A DNA stretch of 64,000 bases. It comes from Octopus vulgaris. Lineage: Eukaryota. The DNA is taken from the NCBI GenBank assembly GCA_951406725.2, contig OX597826.1, positions 3,100,001 to 3,164,000 of the forward strand, read 5' to 3'. How positions within the stretch are numbered: position 1 is the first letter of the stretch; every line of letters begins with the position of its first letter. The position numbers and the translations under genes are program-made. Shown here one piece after another: positions 1-14,702 of this stretch. The notes beneath the pieces were generated by a model. The model was not told the origin of the DNA and made no database searches. It saw only the letters and a list, made by a program, of their open reading frames with translations.

Positions 1-102
1 CATTGAAATATATCGAAACCGTAGTCATGTCATTCATGAAACACGTATATATAAATATTATTTTGTCCGTTATCCTTTATGGGGTTCACTTATTCGAAGC
101 AA

Positions 103-260
103 ATGGTTTCTTTCAGTTTCCGTCTAACAAATCGCCCTCAATGATTTGGTGTCAACTCGAGTCTATAGAAGAAAAAATCTTGGTCAAGTTGCCGGGCTTT
201 AGGAGTGAATCTAGAACCATGTAGCTGCGAAGGAAAATTCATACCATACGACCACAGCTG
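103..260 (-). mobile_element. SINE group A (tRNA head plus CORE-like domain), diverged 5' part
   Basis: Reverse complement resembles the 5' part of the full copy at 7841-8245 (tttctttcagtttccgtct...gaaccatgt). Confidence 0.65.
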
Positions 261-313
261 AATGTCACCGACCCACACACACACGTATATAAATATATAC
301 ATATACATATGTA

Positions 314-394
<81 letters not shown>

Positions 395-396
<2 letters not shown>

Positions 397-1175
397 GGCA
401 CATTCCGGCTGGACCACATGTCTCTGACCCTCATCTACCGAAACCAGGTCCGGCCGGACTGCTGACACAACGATGATTTCCGGCAATGGCTTGTCCACAA
501 ACACCTCCCGTTTTCTGTCTTCCGCCTGCCGAGGTTTCTCTCTGTTTGCCCTCACACCTTGCTTCACAAATGCTGTTTTGCGCAAGCTCAGTTCAGGCAC
601 TTGATCCTCTCTTGCAGCTGAAGCAACAACGTTTAGCACTAAATTATGTCTAAATATATATCATTCAGTCTGGAGTGCCTTGAGGCAAGCTGATAGCATG
701 TGCTTGAGACTACCATACTACCCATACAAATCGCACTGTCGAGCCTCTTTTGAGATTTGCTGGAGACGGATGCACATAATACGCAGTCTGAATCAGAGCT
801 TTCAAATACCCAGCAGTCAACTTCCACCGATCAGAGCACTTCCACTCCAGCTTTTCGATATCATCCCAATACCAGCTATTAACGCTGCTGTGCTTGTTAC
901 ACTGCGTGACCCGGAGGCCACTCATATTCCAGCTACCTTATTTGCTGTCCACGTAGCTTCGGCTGTCTTGTTCACTTCACTCAGATAAGAACTGCTTTCT
1001 CCTAACAAGTCCAACACTAGCCCTGCCGTCTATAATCACCCTACCATCTTCAGCATTCTGGGTCATCTCATCAAGCTGCTGCATCGCCTCAGTGACCGTT
1101 CACATCCTACCAGTGTTCAAATCTGGTGGATTGTCTTGGATCACAGTGTCCTCTGACACAGACAACATCGATTGT
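395..1175 (-). mobile_element. Decayed R4/Dong-like non-LTR retrotransposon fragment (RT C-terminal region) between (TA)n tracts
   Basis: GC-richer island. Frameshifted minus-strand peptides TAGLVLDLLGESSSY, SGL..CNKHSSVNSW, SSKSQKRLD..MG and RKREVFVDKPL resemble, in order, R4/Dong motifs (ESYKYLG, NKITAINTW, HPKSDVDRLY..GGRG, W..KPLHGQ). Confidence 0.55.
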
Positions 1176-1187
1176 TGATATATATAA

Positions 1188-1242
<55 letters not shown>

Positions 1243-1247
<5 letters not shown>

Positions 1248-1341
1248 GAATAAGGGTATGAATTTATAATAATAAATTAAAACCAGTGGCCTACCGTATT
1301 AAAGAAATCCGAAGATTAAGATATTTTTACATACTTGTATG

Positions 1342-1345
<4 letters not shown>
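1243..1345 (-). mobile_element. Solo 3' tail of a PLE-type fold-back element within (TA)n
   Basis: aataagggta...aattaaaaccagt...aaatccgaagattaa matches 28704-28790. Confidence 0.6.
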
Positions 1346-1408
<63 letters not shown>

Positions 1409-1437
1409 GCGTGTGTGTGTGTGTAGATGTATATATA

Positions 1438-1652
1438 TTCTTTTATTGTTTTATTTTTTAGTTATTTGACTGTGGCAATGCTGCAGCACCCCTTTATGCA
1501 AAGAAATCAAATCCAGGAATTATACTTTGCAAGTCCTGTACTTATTCCATCGGACCCTTTTACTAAACCCGTACGTTATGGGGACGTAAACACACCAAAA
1601 TCGATTGCCGTGTGAATCGTGGGGCGCGGGGACAAACACTCACACAAACATA

Positions 1653-1729
<77 letters not shown>

Positions 1730-1885
1730 AAATAAATGCGATGGCGTCTTCAAGTCTCTGTCTACCAAAACCACTCGACCCAACAACATAGTAGAAGACA
1801 CTTGCTCAAGGTGCTACGCCGTGGGACAGAACCAGGAAGCATGTGGTTGCGTAGCCACCTTCTCACGACGCAACCAATCCTGCGC
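1438..1885 (-). mobile_element. SINE group A, near full length
   Basis: Colinear with the reverse complement of 7841-8245, with an internal TA/CA microsatellite. Confidence 0.85.
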
Positions 1886-2176
1886 TTATACATATGTATG
1901 TATATATATATATATATATATATACCCATGGTAATATGCACAAGTGTATATGTGTACGTGTATACATACGGACATGCATTCATACATATACACATGTGCA
2001 TCTGTATGCATGAAAAAGGGAGGACATAGAGACGCCTGCGAAGTGATGAAAGAAAAATTGCGTGGGAGATAGAATATAAAACAGCAGTGCATTGTGTTAC
2101 GAGGTTACGTTCAGTATATTGGAACGCATCTGCAATAATGCAACTTCGAATGACATTCAAAACATACCTGCGTGTT

Positions 2177-2613
<437 letters not shown>

Positions 2614-3272
2614 TGAAGAGTAAAAAGCAGTCGAAGCACAATAAAGTAAAGTATAATACTAATAAAATTAACAAGTTGAAAAAAAAAAGACAAAGCAAAA
2701 TGGATAATAAGGAACAAGAAGATCTTGAACAAAAATATGTATTACTATAGATGATAATAGAAATATGATTATTAACATTAATAAGCCGACTTGTAGAGCT
2801 GCAGGCAAGTGGGGTATGAGATGCAGATCACGTCATCATAGTTATACGCCATCACACACGTGTGTTTTGTATGATTTTCTTATTATTATTTTCTCACAGA
2901 GAAGTACGTTCGAAACGTCAGTAAAGTCACTTATATGAGACAAGTTCCATTGAAGATTCGTCATTTATTCACAGCAAAGGCAGCGCATGCCTTCTTTGAA
3001 TATCATTCTTTTGTGTTATTTGCTGTAATTCTTGTTAATTTCCTTACTTTATCTACATATCTACATAAATTGAACACGTATATACATATACATATATATA
3101 TATATAATTGCACATATACACCTATACGGATGAAATATAAATAAATATGAATGCATATATATTATTATATATATGTATATATATATGCATGTATATATAT
3201 ATATATATGCATGTATATATATATATATATATATATACGTGTGTGTGTGTATGTATGTATATATATATATAA

Positions 3273-3327
<55 letters not shown>

Positions 3328-5454
3328 CACATGCATACCTTTTTTAATACATGCAAAAGAATGAGAGAATTATCTGTAATCTTCAGATATTTATCGCCAT
3401 AATTTTAAAAGCTCAAATTGAGAATTCAACATGAGTAGGCACCTGAATGTCGATCACTTGAGATTTTAGCTGTTGCGTCGAGTAGGATTTGGCTCCAAAG
3501 GTAATCTAAAGTTGTTACTCGCCTTTGAATGAAATCACATTATGGACTTCTTCGACTTTATGACGACAGTTTGCCGTTCCTTTAAAACAGTAATGAGATG
3601 CTAAAAGCGATAGGCATGCTGACGAATTGGTAACAAGAAAATACTCTATATAACAAATGAATAAATAAATAATTATATAATGGATATCAAATAGAGAAAC
3701 TTATACTAATAGAAGAAGAAGAATGAAAGAATGAGTGGGAAGAGAAGAAGAAAGACCAAATAGAAGTGGATATTGTTCTTGAAACCTTTAATTTCAGAAC
3801 GTAAATAAAAATAAAAATATTAAATAATAAACAATGATCATAAAAAAAGTTGAAACTGCAAACGAAAGTTTTGTATTTATTTAATTAAGTTAAATGGTCT
3901 GATAAATGTTGCAGATAACATTGATGAAATCAAAGCAAAGAGAGGTGGTGGAGAGAGAGAGAGAGAATGATAGAGATAGAGACACAAATGTGAGACTCTG
4001 CATAAGAAAGAAAAGAGGACTTTTTTTTTTTTTCGTTCACTTTCCATGTTTTTTATTCTGTTGACTTCTTTGACTTCTCGTCTTATGTTTTTGCCGTTTG
4101 TAATTAATTTTGTTGTTCTTTTATTCTATATAATATCCTTTTTTTTTTCTGCTATTCTTCTCTTTCATTGCAAATAAATATAATCGTAAACGAATAATTA
4201 CCTGGCATCTAAAGAACTTTAGAAAATGAATTTTTACTTCTCACAGTATAATCATATGATGGAAGAGAGTTTTTGTTTTTTGTATATTTTTCATTGCGAT
4301 TAACACCTTTTGTATTCAAAGTAAAAGTGCTAAGCAATAAAGATTCTAAAAAATATGAATAATAAATTAGTGTAATATAATGTAAAATATGTATTCTATC
4401 AAAGAATATATTACAGCTTAAAATATAAAAAAAAACAAGATATGAACAAAAGCACAGTAACCTACTGAAAAGTTTGTAATGAGGATTACAAAAATATATT
4501 TGTGTATGTGAAAATGTACACGAACACGCATATCTACTCACACACGAATATACACACATCCATACACGTATATACATCAATGACACGTTAGGAGGAGAAA
4601 GTTTGTTTCAGAGGTTGCTTTATGCATATTTTAATTTGTATTTCATCCATGCAATGTCAAGGAACATAGCACTTAATTCCCGATCCTTTATTTTGAAATT
4701 CAAGTTGAGTATCGGTATTAAAAAAGCCACGGATAGGCGCAGGGGATTCCAAGTCTTGTAGAGACAAATAGCTGCATGGCAATTAAATTCCTTTGGTATG
4801 GTTATGTGATGAAATCCATATTCATTTTTTTTCTGTCAATCTATCCACCTTTAACAGGCAAAGCAATATATTAAAGTTCCTTAACAATCAAATCTGTAAA
4901 CTAGCTATGAATTAAAACCGTATAATAGGAAAACAATTGATATGATTTTCCTTCAAAGTATCACGATTTATTCGATAAAATTTAAAACACTTAAAAACGT
5001 TTTCAAATTTGTACATAATTCACTAACAAAATATACGAAGATGAATCTTTAACACCCTTTGGGAATCTTAAAATGGCGTTTGCGATAAACTTGTAGAATT
5101 TTGAATATTTCTTTCCTCTACCGAACGCGTTATACATATATATATAGAGTTTTCTCTATTTATTTATTTATTTCTCTTTAAATTTCTAAATGATTCTCCA
5201 TGAGCACAACAGACACAAAAAGACACAAGAGAAACAGACACGCGCGCGCATGCGCGCACAATGCACAAAATCACGTCCACGCAAAACCGCACGCGCACAC
5301 ACTTCTATCTATGTATCTATTTATCTAGCTATATATGTATGCATGTATGTAATTATGTATGTGTTTATATATATATATGAGTGTGTGTGTGTGTGTTACT
5401 ATGTACATCGAAATACTTAAGGACTACTTCCGATGTATTCACATGATAACATAA

Positions 5455-5870
5455 CGACAAATGACTTATATTCATGGAAGATGGGGTTCTATGCCACACA
5501 GCGAAAAGGTATCAACAACGGCTGGCTGAAAATGGGATCAAAGAGCTTCATTGGCCGAGTGAATCTCGTGACATGAACCTAATTGAAAATGTTTGGAGCA
5601 TACTAGATAGAGCTATATTAAAAACGCGACAGAAACTTAAATCTAAAGGTGAATCGTTTCGATTGTTGCGTGAAATGTGGGCAGAAATTCCACAAGAGAC
5701 AATCACGAAAATCATCAGTTCAATGCCAAAAAGATATTCTGAATTAAACACTGGAAAGAGAATTTTAACGAGATAAAAGTATGTAGTCCTTCCAATCGAT
5801 TACATTTCAATTGTTCGTTTTGCGTATTAAGTAAGAGGTTTTGAAAATTAAAGGTGTGTCTATTATTTTA
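5455..5870 (+). mobile_element. Tc1-family transposase C-terminal remnant
   Basis: ORF 5474-5776 MEDGVLCHTAK...WPSESRDMNLIENVW matches QDxAPCHTAK...WPxxSPDLNPIENxW; N-terminus missing. Confidence 0.85.
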
Positions 5871-6013
5871 CTTAATCAATACATAAAATTTTAATAAATA
5901 GTCAAAAATTAAAATTTTATGTATTGTGCCTGTTTGTATATGTCTCTAATAATATTTTATAATATTTTACTATATGTATGATTTTTTCCTGTAAATTTGG
6001 ATTTATTCCCTAA

Positions 6014-6093
<80 letters not shown>

Positions 6094-6096
<3 letters not shown>

Positions 6097-6630
6097 TAAG
6101 TAATTAAGGGTTTAGCAACGGTTTGCCTCACCACACACCGAATTTAGAAATAGCAGTCAAAGAGTTATAGCTATTCTTTCTACTAAAAGGGAGATCTCAG
6201 TAAAACCACAGCACTTGAAAGGCAAACACAGACAGGCAAGAGAGAAAGAAATGACGGCAATCTATCATACAATTTTAAGTCACGTTTCGAAATTAAGTTT
6301 TAGGAAAGCATAAGAATTAGATAATTTCTCATCAGCGTAGGACACTACAATTATGAATAATTATTAAATTTCGAGGTACTAGAAGCGCGTGTTTGCCATT
6401 CAAGTGCTGTGGTTTTACTGAGATCTCCCTTTTAGTAGAAAGAATAGCTATAACTCTTTGACTGCTATTTCTAAATTCGGTGTGTGGTGAGGCAAATCGT
6501 TGCTAAACCCTTAATTACTTAGTATTACTTAAACTTTCCTCGAATGAGGCTTTTACATGCCGAAATCTACTTGGTGAAATTAATGATTATTCCAAATTAA
6601 TTAATTTCACCCTATATTATTACTGATAAC
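6094..6630 (+). mobile_element. Fold-back non-autonomous PLE-like element with hammerhead core in the spacer, flanked by (TA)n
   Basis: 136 bp inverted arms 6094-6229 and 6389-6524 (2 mismatches seen), unique 3' tail 6525-6630 with terminal hairpin. Confidence 0.8.
6282..6338 (-). ncRNA. Minimal hammerhead ribozyme core with eroded stem I and cleavage site
   Basis: Minus strand CTGATGA-GAAATT-loop-AATTTC-GAAA-CGT. Confidence 0.55.
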
Positions 6631-6703
<73 letters not shown>

Positions 6704-6746
6704 GTATGCATGTATGTATGTGTACATATAAAATAATAAATAAATG

Positions 6747-6992
6747 CGCCTTTTAAAGCCTAGCCAGGCTCATGGGCCCGGTTTCCCGGTTTCTATGGCG
6801 TATGTGTTCCCCAGCTGGACGGGACGCCAGTCCATCGCAGCGTTACTCTTTTTTGCCAGCTGAGTGGACTGGAGCAACGTGAAATGAAGTGTTTTGCTCA
6901 AGAACACAACGCGTCGCCCGGTCCAGGAATCGAAACCAGAATCTTACGATCATGGTGCTGAAACCCGAACCACTAAGGCGGGCGCCTCCACA
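6747..6992 (-). mobile_element. SINE group C (tRNA head plus CORE-like domain), tail type 1
   Basis: Head ggcgcccgccttagtggttcggg...ttcgattcc, then tgtgttcttgagcaaaacactt; tail gcgatggactggcgtcccgtccag. Confidence 0.8.
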
Positions 6993-7336
6993 TGTGTATA
7001 TATAATCAAGGATAAAACCTTTATAAGATTTTATGAAGAAGCCAGCACGTAATAAAACCATAAAGATAACTATTAATACACAGGTAAATATAAATATAAT
7101 GCAGGCACAAATGAACAGCGCCACATGCTAGTAATAGACGCCAAATGACTCTCACATTACTTACTTGTTTAGTACGGGCTTGAAGCGAGAAAAAAATCGC
7201 TGTTCACGTCCCTGGCTTTCAGCCCGTGCTAAAGAGGTAAATAATGTAGTACTTAGATCTATTTGGCATCAATTTCTCGCATGTGACGCTACTCCTTAAT
7301 GCCCTTACTATAATTATATTTATATAATTATATATT

Positions 7337-7367
<31 letters not shown>

Positions 7368-7369
7368 CA

Positions 7370-7562
7370 TTGCTTACCACCCTGTTCGTGCCGGGTTCAG
7401 ACCCATTGCGTGACACCTTGGATAGTGTCTTCCACTATAGCCTCAGGCCGATCAAAGTCTTGTGAGTGGATGTGGTTGACGGAAATGTACAAATAAGTGT
7501 GTGTGTGTGTGTTTTATGTATCTGTGGTTGTCCCAACTTAACGTTTCGGTAAAAGACCCCTA
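7370..7562 (+). mobile_element. SINE group A, partial
   Basis: Similar to 7870-8130. Confidence 0.75.
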
Positions 7563-7840
7563 AAGAATATATATATACATATAAATATATACATATGTAT
7601 ACATACATATAAACATATACACATATATGGGTAAATGTGCCTATACAGTTGCACAAACAATCCGGCATAAATCAACCTTGCATACTGATTCTCCATTTTT
7701 GTTTGTAAACAGGAGTATTTGCGCATGTGCATATACGCGTGCTACATTGTATATATTCGCTGCATTTCTACCAATTTTATATGATCCTCATTTGTTGAAC
7801 ATTATGTGTATAAATATTTCAGAATATATATATATACATA

Positions 7841-8245
7841 GGCGCAGGGGTGACTGTGTGGTAAGTAGCTTGCTTACCAACCACATGGTTCCGGGTTCAG
7901 TCCCACTGCGTGGCACCTTGGGCAAGTGTCTTCTACTATAGCCTCGGGCCAACCAAAGATTGTGAGTGGATTTGGTAGACGGAAACTGAAAGAAGCCCGT
8001 CGTATATATATATATATATATGTATGTGTGTATATGTTTGTGTGTCTGTGTTTGTCCCTCCACCATTGCTTGACAACCGATGGTGTTGTGTTTACGTCCC
8101 CGTAACTTAGCGGTTCAGCAAAAGAGAATGATAGAATAAGTACTGGGCTTCCAAAGAATAAGTGCTGGGGTCGATTTACTCGACTAAAAGGCGGTGCTCC
8201 AGCATGGCCGTAGTCAAATGACTGAAACAAGTAAAAGAGTAAAAT
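7841..8245 (+). mobile_element. SINE group A, full-length reference copy
   Basis: A-box-like tgactgtgtggtaag, B-box-like gggttcagtccc, CORE-like ccttgggcaagtgtctt, tail gtaaaaga repeats; more than 10 copies in the window. Confidence 0.9.
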
Positions 8246-8261
8246 AGTAAAATAGTATATA

Positions 8262-8767
8262 TCTATATATATAAAACTCTAGTTGTGTGAGTGTCTGTCC
8301 CCTTCGATTTAGATTCCTAACTCCTCCCACATTTTGCTGTGCAGTTTAACCAAATTCGGGTATCTTATAGTCGTGATTCATATCAAGCCCGTCTGACTAT
8401 TAGCGCGCGTCAACGATGAGTCTACGATATTAAAAATAATTTAACATCATTTTTTATTCCATTTTAATGCATAAAATGCATCGTGTGTCGATGGCGGCGG
8501 AGTTGGCGTCCACGCTCACAGCTGCACCTGTTTGCTTCTCCCCCTTCCCTCCCTCGTGAAGCTGTGGGGAAGGGAGTGTAAAGAAATCAACGTCGTAATG
8601 CGTTGTGAAGGAAACCAGCGTTCTTTTAGAACAACGACTTCATGGCTTGAAGACACCAAAACAAAAATGGCTAAGAAAGCCCGAATTTATAAGGGAAGTA
8701 ACTCTCTAAAAATGCTTATATAGTTATTTCCCTTACAAACCCGAGCAACGCCGGGCGATACTGCTAG
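8262..8767 (+). mobile_element. Non-autonomous Helitron
   Basis: 5' TC (tctatatatataaaa), subterminal hairpin cccgagcaacgccggg, 3' CTAG, inserted between A and T; second copy at 56921-57432. Confidence 0.85.
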
Positions 8768-9025
8768 TATATATATATATATATATATATATAATGAAAG
8801 CATTTTATAACAACTTGCATTTTCCAGGTTATGTGTTGGTATGCCTTCATATTTGCATACTTCATGAAACTCATTGATTTTCAATTATGCATAAACATAC
8901 ATCAAAAAGTCACAAATTAGCGTTACTTAGACTGGTGGATGTACATATGCACTCATATAAACTTACACAGTTATATATATATATATATTTCTATATATAT
9001 ATCAGGTCTCGTATGAATGTTTGTG

Positions 9026-9065
<40 letters not shown>

Positions 9066-9534
9066 TGTGTAGGCGTATGTGCGTGTCTGTACGTGTGTGT
9101 CTGTGGTTCTTCCTCTCTGTATGTGCGTTCCATCTTTAAATTCTTGTATAAAAACTGATTTGATATGCGGTCGACAGCATTTTCAAATGTCTGTAATTTT
9201 ACATTCTCTCCACTCTTATCATTTAAAATTACTCCCACCCTCTCTCACCTGCTATCTTTCTCTGTTTCTCATTCTCTCTGTCTGTCTCTCTGTTTATCTC
9301 TCCACTTCTTTCGTTCTGTCTATGTCTATATCTCTGTCTCTGTCTCTCTCTCTCTTTCCATGTCACACTCTTCTTTATCCTCTCATTCAATTTCCCTCAC
9401 TTTCCAAATCACAAACGTAGCTTACAAATTCTTGGTTTAACAACGCAAAAGAATTATTCAAAATCACACTGTTACCAATATATATATATACATATATATA
9501 TATATGTATATATTATATATATATATATATATAG

Positions 9535-9613
<79 letters not shown>

Positions 9614-9889
9614 GATACAGAATAATAAAAGAATGCATAGACAAATCAATGATATAAATATTGCCTGATTTAATATTTTACAAGTCATTTAAAGCATGTT
9701 TCCTCTAACAAATATCGGATAAAATACTTTAAAATATAGTTTGCTTACACTGGTTGTTTCAACAGTTGCTTCTGAGTTGGTTTCTTTCTTTCCTTTCTAA
9801 TTTGTTTTTCACATTCGATTTTCGTAATATTTCTCTCTATTTATAATTTTATATTATTTTCCCCACATTAAAGAATCCATGAGACGCGC

Positions 9890-9946
<57 letters not shown>

Positions 9947-10050
9947 TTAAAAAAGCTGTAGTTTGTATTTATGTATGTATTCTTACTCAAACACAGACAT
10001 AAAACAGATTACACGAATATGCTAATAGAAGCCTATATATGAACACATGA

Positions 10051-10083
<33 letters not shown>

Positions 10084-10319
10084 AGTGTGTATGTATGTAT
10101 GTATGTATATATATATATGTGTGTATATGTATGTATATATGTATATATATATATGCACATACATATATACATATGTATGTATATGTATATATATATATAA
10201 TTTATTTATACATATGCATATGGGTATACATATACGAATATATACATATAAATATATACATTTATACACATACATGTATATGCATATATATATAGATATT
10301 TACATATATATATATGCAA

Positions 10320-10355
<36 letters not shown>

Positions 10356-10356
10356 T

Positions 10357-10389
<33 letters not shown>

Positions 10390-13300
10390 ATACATACATA
10401 TATATACATGTATATATATATACATATACATGTATGTATGTTTGTATGTATGTTTACCTATACTTACACACATATATACATACAAACGTATACATTTACA
10501 TTATTGGTAAGATAACTGATTTTTTTTTCTGCTCAACGTTTCGCAGTTATCTTTGATTACTTAAGATGTTATGTGATCCGATATATACACGAATACATTT
10601 TTGTATGTTTGTTTGTGTGATTGTGCGTGTATATCTGTACATTTTCTATCTGTACGTAATATTTGCATAATTTTTCACTATATTTACTTGGAAGTATTTT
10701 TCACCATTGAAGCAAATTATTTTTCAGATGATAAAGTCGAACAAATATTGAAGAAGAAAAAACTATAGATATAACATAAACGTTTTCACCAAATTCACTG
10801 AATTATTAAGCGACTGACTCTGTTTTTTCTATGTCTGTTTACCTCATTATACCTCATTTTATGCATGCTTATTGTATTTTAATGTTTATGTAGCTGAATA
10901 TCAGGACAGTACATATTCTAACATTGATATATATATAACTTTTACAATACTCTTTGAAAATGATATTTTTATAAATATTTTTATTTAATTATGTTTAACC
11001 TCACTGAATATTATCACCAATAAAATTGGAGCGCTATTTATTATTCAATATAAAATTTTTCTGTTGCTTCGGAAATGGTGTACCTATCGTTGTTGTATTT
11101 GGTAGATGCGTCGTTAACTTTGCAAAAAAAAACAAAAAAAAAACAAAGAATAATATTTTATGTGTTTTATTGTCTCCCTCGTTAAACATGTCAATTTTTA
11201 CTCTGTGATAAATTTTTACAGGAAAATTCATAATTACGAACTGAATATACATATTAGGAATATGGACTAAAATTCAAATTCTTGTTTCCAAATAACAAAG
11301 ACTCACATGCACATCATAGTAGAAATATTAAGTCAAAACTATATTAGAACTCATGGTAGAAATATATCTCCTGTATTCTAGTATCCTCGTGTATAGTTTT
11401 GACTTACGTTTTGTGTCATTTAGCATCATTTACAGATATTTAGTTGTTGGCTACCACATTGTAGAATTTTTACTGGAAGCGTAGTTCAGTAAAAAGAATA
11501 AGATGTTTAGATACAACAACAACAGTTTTTTCCCTTATGTAAAGAACACGTGGAACTTTAGAAGTTATTTTATGCAAAGTAAAGATTTACTATCCATCAT
11601 CGTGTACAGAAAAGGATACATTTTAATATGGTTAGAAGAAAACAATTTTACGCCTGTAAATATAATGGATACTGGATGCAAATACGAAACCATATTTAGA
11701 AACATTAGGTTTGGCTACGAAAGAAAATAAATTAAATTACATATGAAAAGTACCATACAATGTTATCTGTGAATACTAGTATCTGGAAACAAAAGATATT
11801 CCACGGTAAAAGCTGGTGCTAAAAAGGCAGCATATTATAATTAACTGCAGACAAAGCAAATATTTTAATATTACTGCACAGCAAGAAACAGGCGAAAATT
11901 AATGGTTTCACATAGAAACTTATGTTTCAGTGAAAAGTATAGTCTCCAAAGCAAGCCGCAAAGTACAATAAATGTTTATATACTCATTGTAAAGCTTTAT
12001 TCAATTATCATCTTCAAAACCTAAGTAATTCTCTTATTCAGAAATAGCTAAATCTGCGATGCCAATGACTCAAATCTCATTCTTCCCACCAGGAACCATA
12101 TTCCTGTCTTTGTCACCGGAATTCTCTTCAATAGGAAGTTGTTTATCAATGCTTTTATTCAGGCAACACAAAGTTAGCCAGAGGATATAAAGTTCCATTG
12201 AAATTATTATAAAGTAACTCGGTCTTTTCTATAAATTCACACGCCTCATAATAATTAAGTTTTTAGTCTCTCGATCGTTAAGGTGTGGGTCCGTATCTCG
12301 GAGAGAGCGGCGTGTTGTGTTCTGGAACATGGGGTCTACATATATTCATGTTGTCCCGATCTACTGAGATACAGATGAAAATCTACGGCAGCTGGAGGGG
12401 ATGTGAAATAGCAATTGTAGCCGTCCAATTCATCAATTTTTTTCTACTCTTAATCTCCTTATTTTAAAAGTTTCCTGGAATAGGTTTGGTTCTATGAAAC
12501 AGGAGAGACACATACAATCATTCTGTACCTTAAAGGATATACTCACAAACAAATTGGCGAAACACTAGCCTCTACTAATATTACATATAGGAGTACAAAA
12601 GCTCAGTTTAGTAACTTGGCGAATCTTTGTAATATTACTGCGATTACATAATGGAGAGACGAGTAACAACGACCAGGTGAGAATGACATTTGTTTCTAAA
12701 CACATTTATTCGAACCAGTATTGCCGCATTACATGCAATACAAGAAATTACCTACCATATATTTTCAGGAAGGTTCGTTACAACTAATCATATAGAGGTA
12801 TATGTTCATAGATAATGACGTCCAGATGAGTATCAAGAACAAAAATAACCGAGACGTTTTATTGGAAATTACATATTTAAATTCTCTTTTCATATAATAT
12901 ATCAAAAATGTGTGATTTCTATCAACTCACTCTACGACATAATTGTATTTATGCTCACGAATACATAATCACATTAGTTTGTAGCAAAGGATTCGATCTC
13001 ATGTTTGCCACATACGAATTTCAAACCGTAGCTTAAACACGGTTTGATCACGTGCCTCGTGCCTAAACGAGTTACTGTCCAATAAGCAGCTGTTGTGCAC
13101 GTCGTAGCTTCTCCAGATCTTCTGGAAACTTCTATACATATAGCCTATAAGTAAAGTTCAATTTTGCAGCATTTTGCTGAGTATGTTGGATGTCCGAGCA
13201 GAACTACCTTCTTCACTTTTGCTGGGCGCAGTATAAACCCTATAGGCAACTATAATCGTCAGTAATAGTGATTGTATGTAGAAGGATACGTATTGCTAGA

Positions 13301-13572
13301 AATAATAGTTAAACCACCTACAGCTACGTTGATGACCATCTATTTATACTAACAGGGTAGATAAATACCTCACAAATGTAGGAACGCTGCAACAGTTTCG
13401 CCCTAATGTGAATTATCAACAGTGTGCTTTCATTGTTTCTATAATGACTATATATATGTGTGTGTGTGTGTGTATGCATGTATGTATGTCTGTGTGCTTG
13501 TGTGTATGGGTCTGTGTATGTATTTATGTATGTATACATGTATATGTATATTTATATATATGCATATATATG

Positions 13573-13612
<40 letters not shown>

Positions 13613-13743
13613 TATATATGTATATATATGTGTGTGTGTGTATGCATGTATGTATGCATGTGTGCTTGTGTGTATGAGTGTGTGTATGTTTTTATGTATG
13701 TATACATGTATATGTATATTTATATATATGCATATATATATGT

Positions 13744-13798
<55 letters not shown>

Positions 13799-13909
13799 TG
13801 TTCGTGTGTGTGTGTGTGTGTGTGTATGCATCCATATAGAACACGCTTGCAAGTAAAGCAGAATGAATGTATCTGTTTAATGAAGACATATATAACTGTA
13901 TTGACAGTT

Positions 13910-13910
13910 C

Positions 13911-14002
<92 letters not shown>

Positions 14003-14032
14003 CATAGATAGATAGATTTATAGATAGATAGA
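13910..14032. repeat. (GATA)n microsatellite
   Basis: Direct reading. Confidence 0.95.
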
Positions 14033-14448
14033 TACAGGGAGAGACAGTAATAAAAGAGAGAGATAGCGAGAGGGAGGTAAATTCACATTAAACCTGCAGA
14101 ATGGATGATTATACAATAAAAATTTGTTGATAAAATCTTTGAAGATATAGTATCGAACCAATTTAATTAGACAACATCTGTCATCATAAATTGCTATTAT
14201 AATCATCAAAGGAGCATTGTCATATAAAATACATTGAGTAACTGAAGATTTTGTAATATTACACATGAAAATAATAATGGAACCGGTTACACACTTGGAA
14301 ATTATATTACTTCCAAATGTTTCCATATTCATATTTTCAAAGACATGAGAAAATATATATATGGGGCAATGCACATAAACAGATATATGTGGATATATAC
14401 ATGTATAGAAGTATATATACATATATATGTATGTGTGCGTATATGTGC

Positions 14449-14504
<56 letters not shown>

Positions 14505-14660
14505 CTGTGTGTTTGTGTGTGTGCGTATGTGTTTCTATCTATCTATATATCTATCTTTATACATACACACACACACAAACACATTTGTATATATACTTAT
14601 TTATATACATGCACTTATATACTTACGTATGTATGCAAACATATTTGCATATATATGTGC

Positions 14661-14702
<42 letters not shown>

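Noticed and set aside
2885-3052. Possible solo pLTR with GAA-loop-TTC-GAAACGTC and an end (ttccttactt) like 62175
   Set aside because: No recognisable CTGANGA core or stem I; suggestive only
5997-6016. Single CCCTAA at element ends suggesting telomere-targeting PLEs
   Set aside because: Only one hexamer, other tails have CCCTT or CCCTAT, and the local PLEs encode endonucleases
8532-8723. Similar peptides at 8532-8723 and 56965-57213 suggesting a small gene family
   Set aside because: Both lie inside copies of the same non-autonomous Helitron; similarity is at the DNA level
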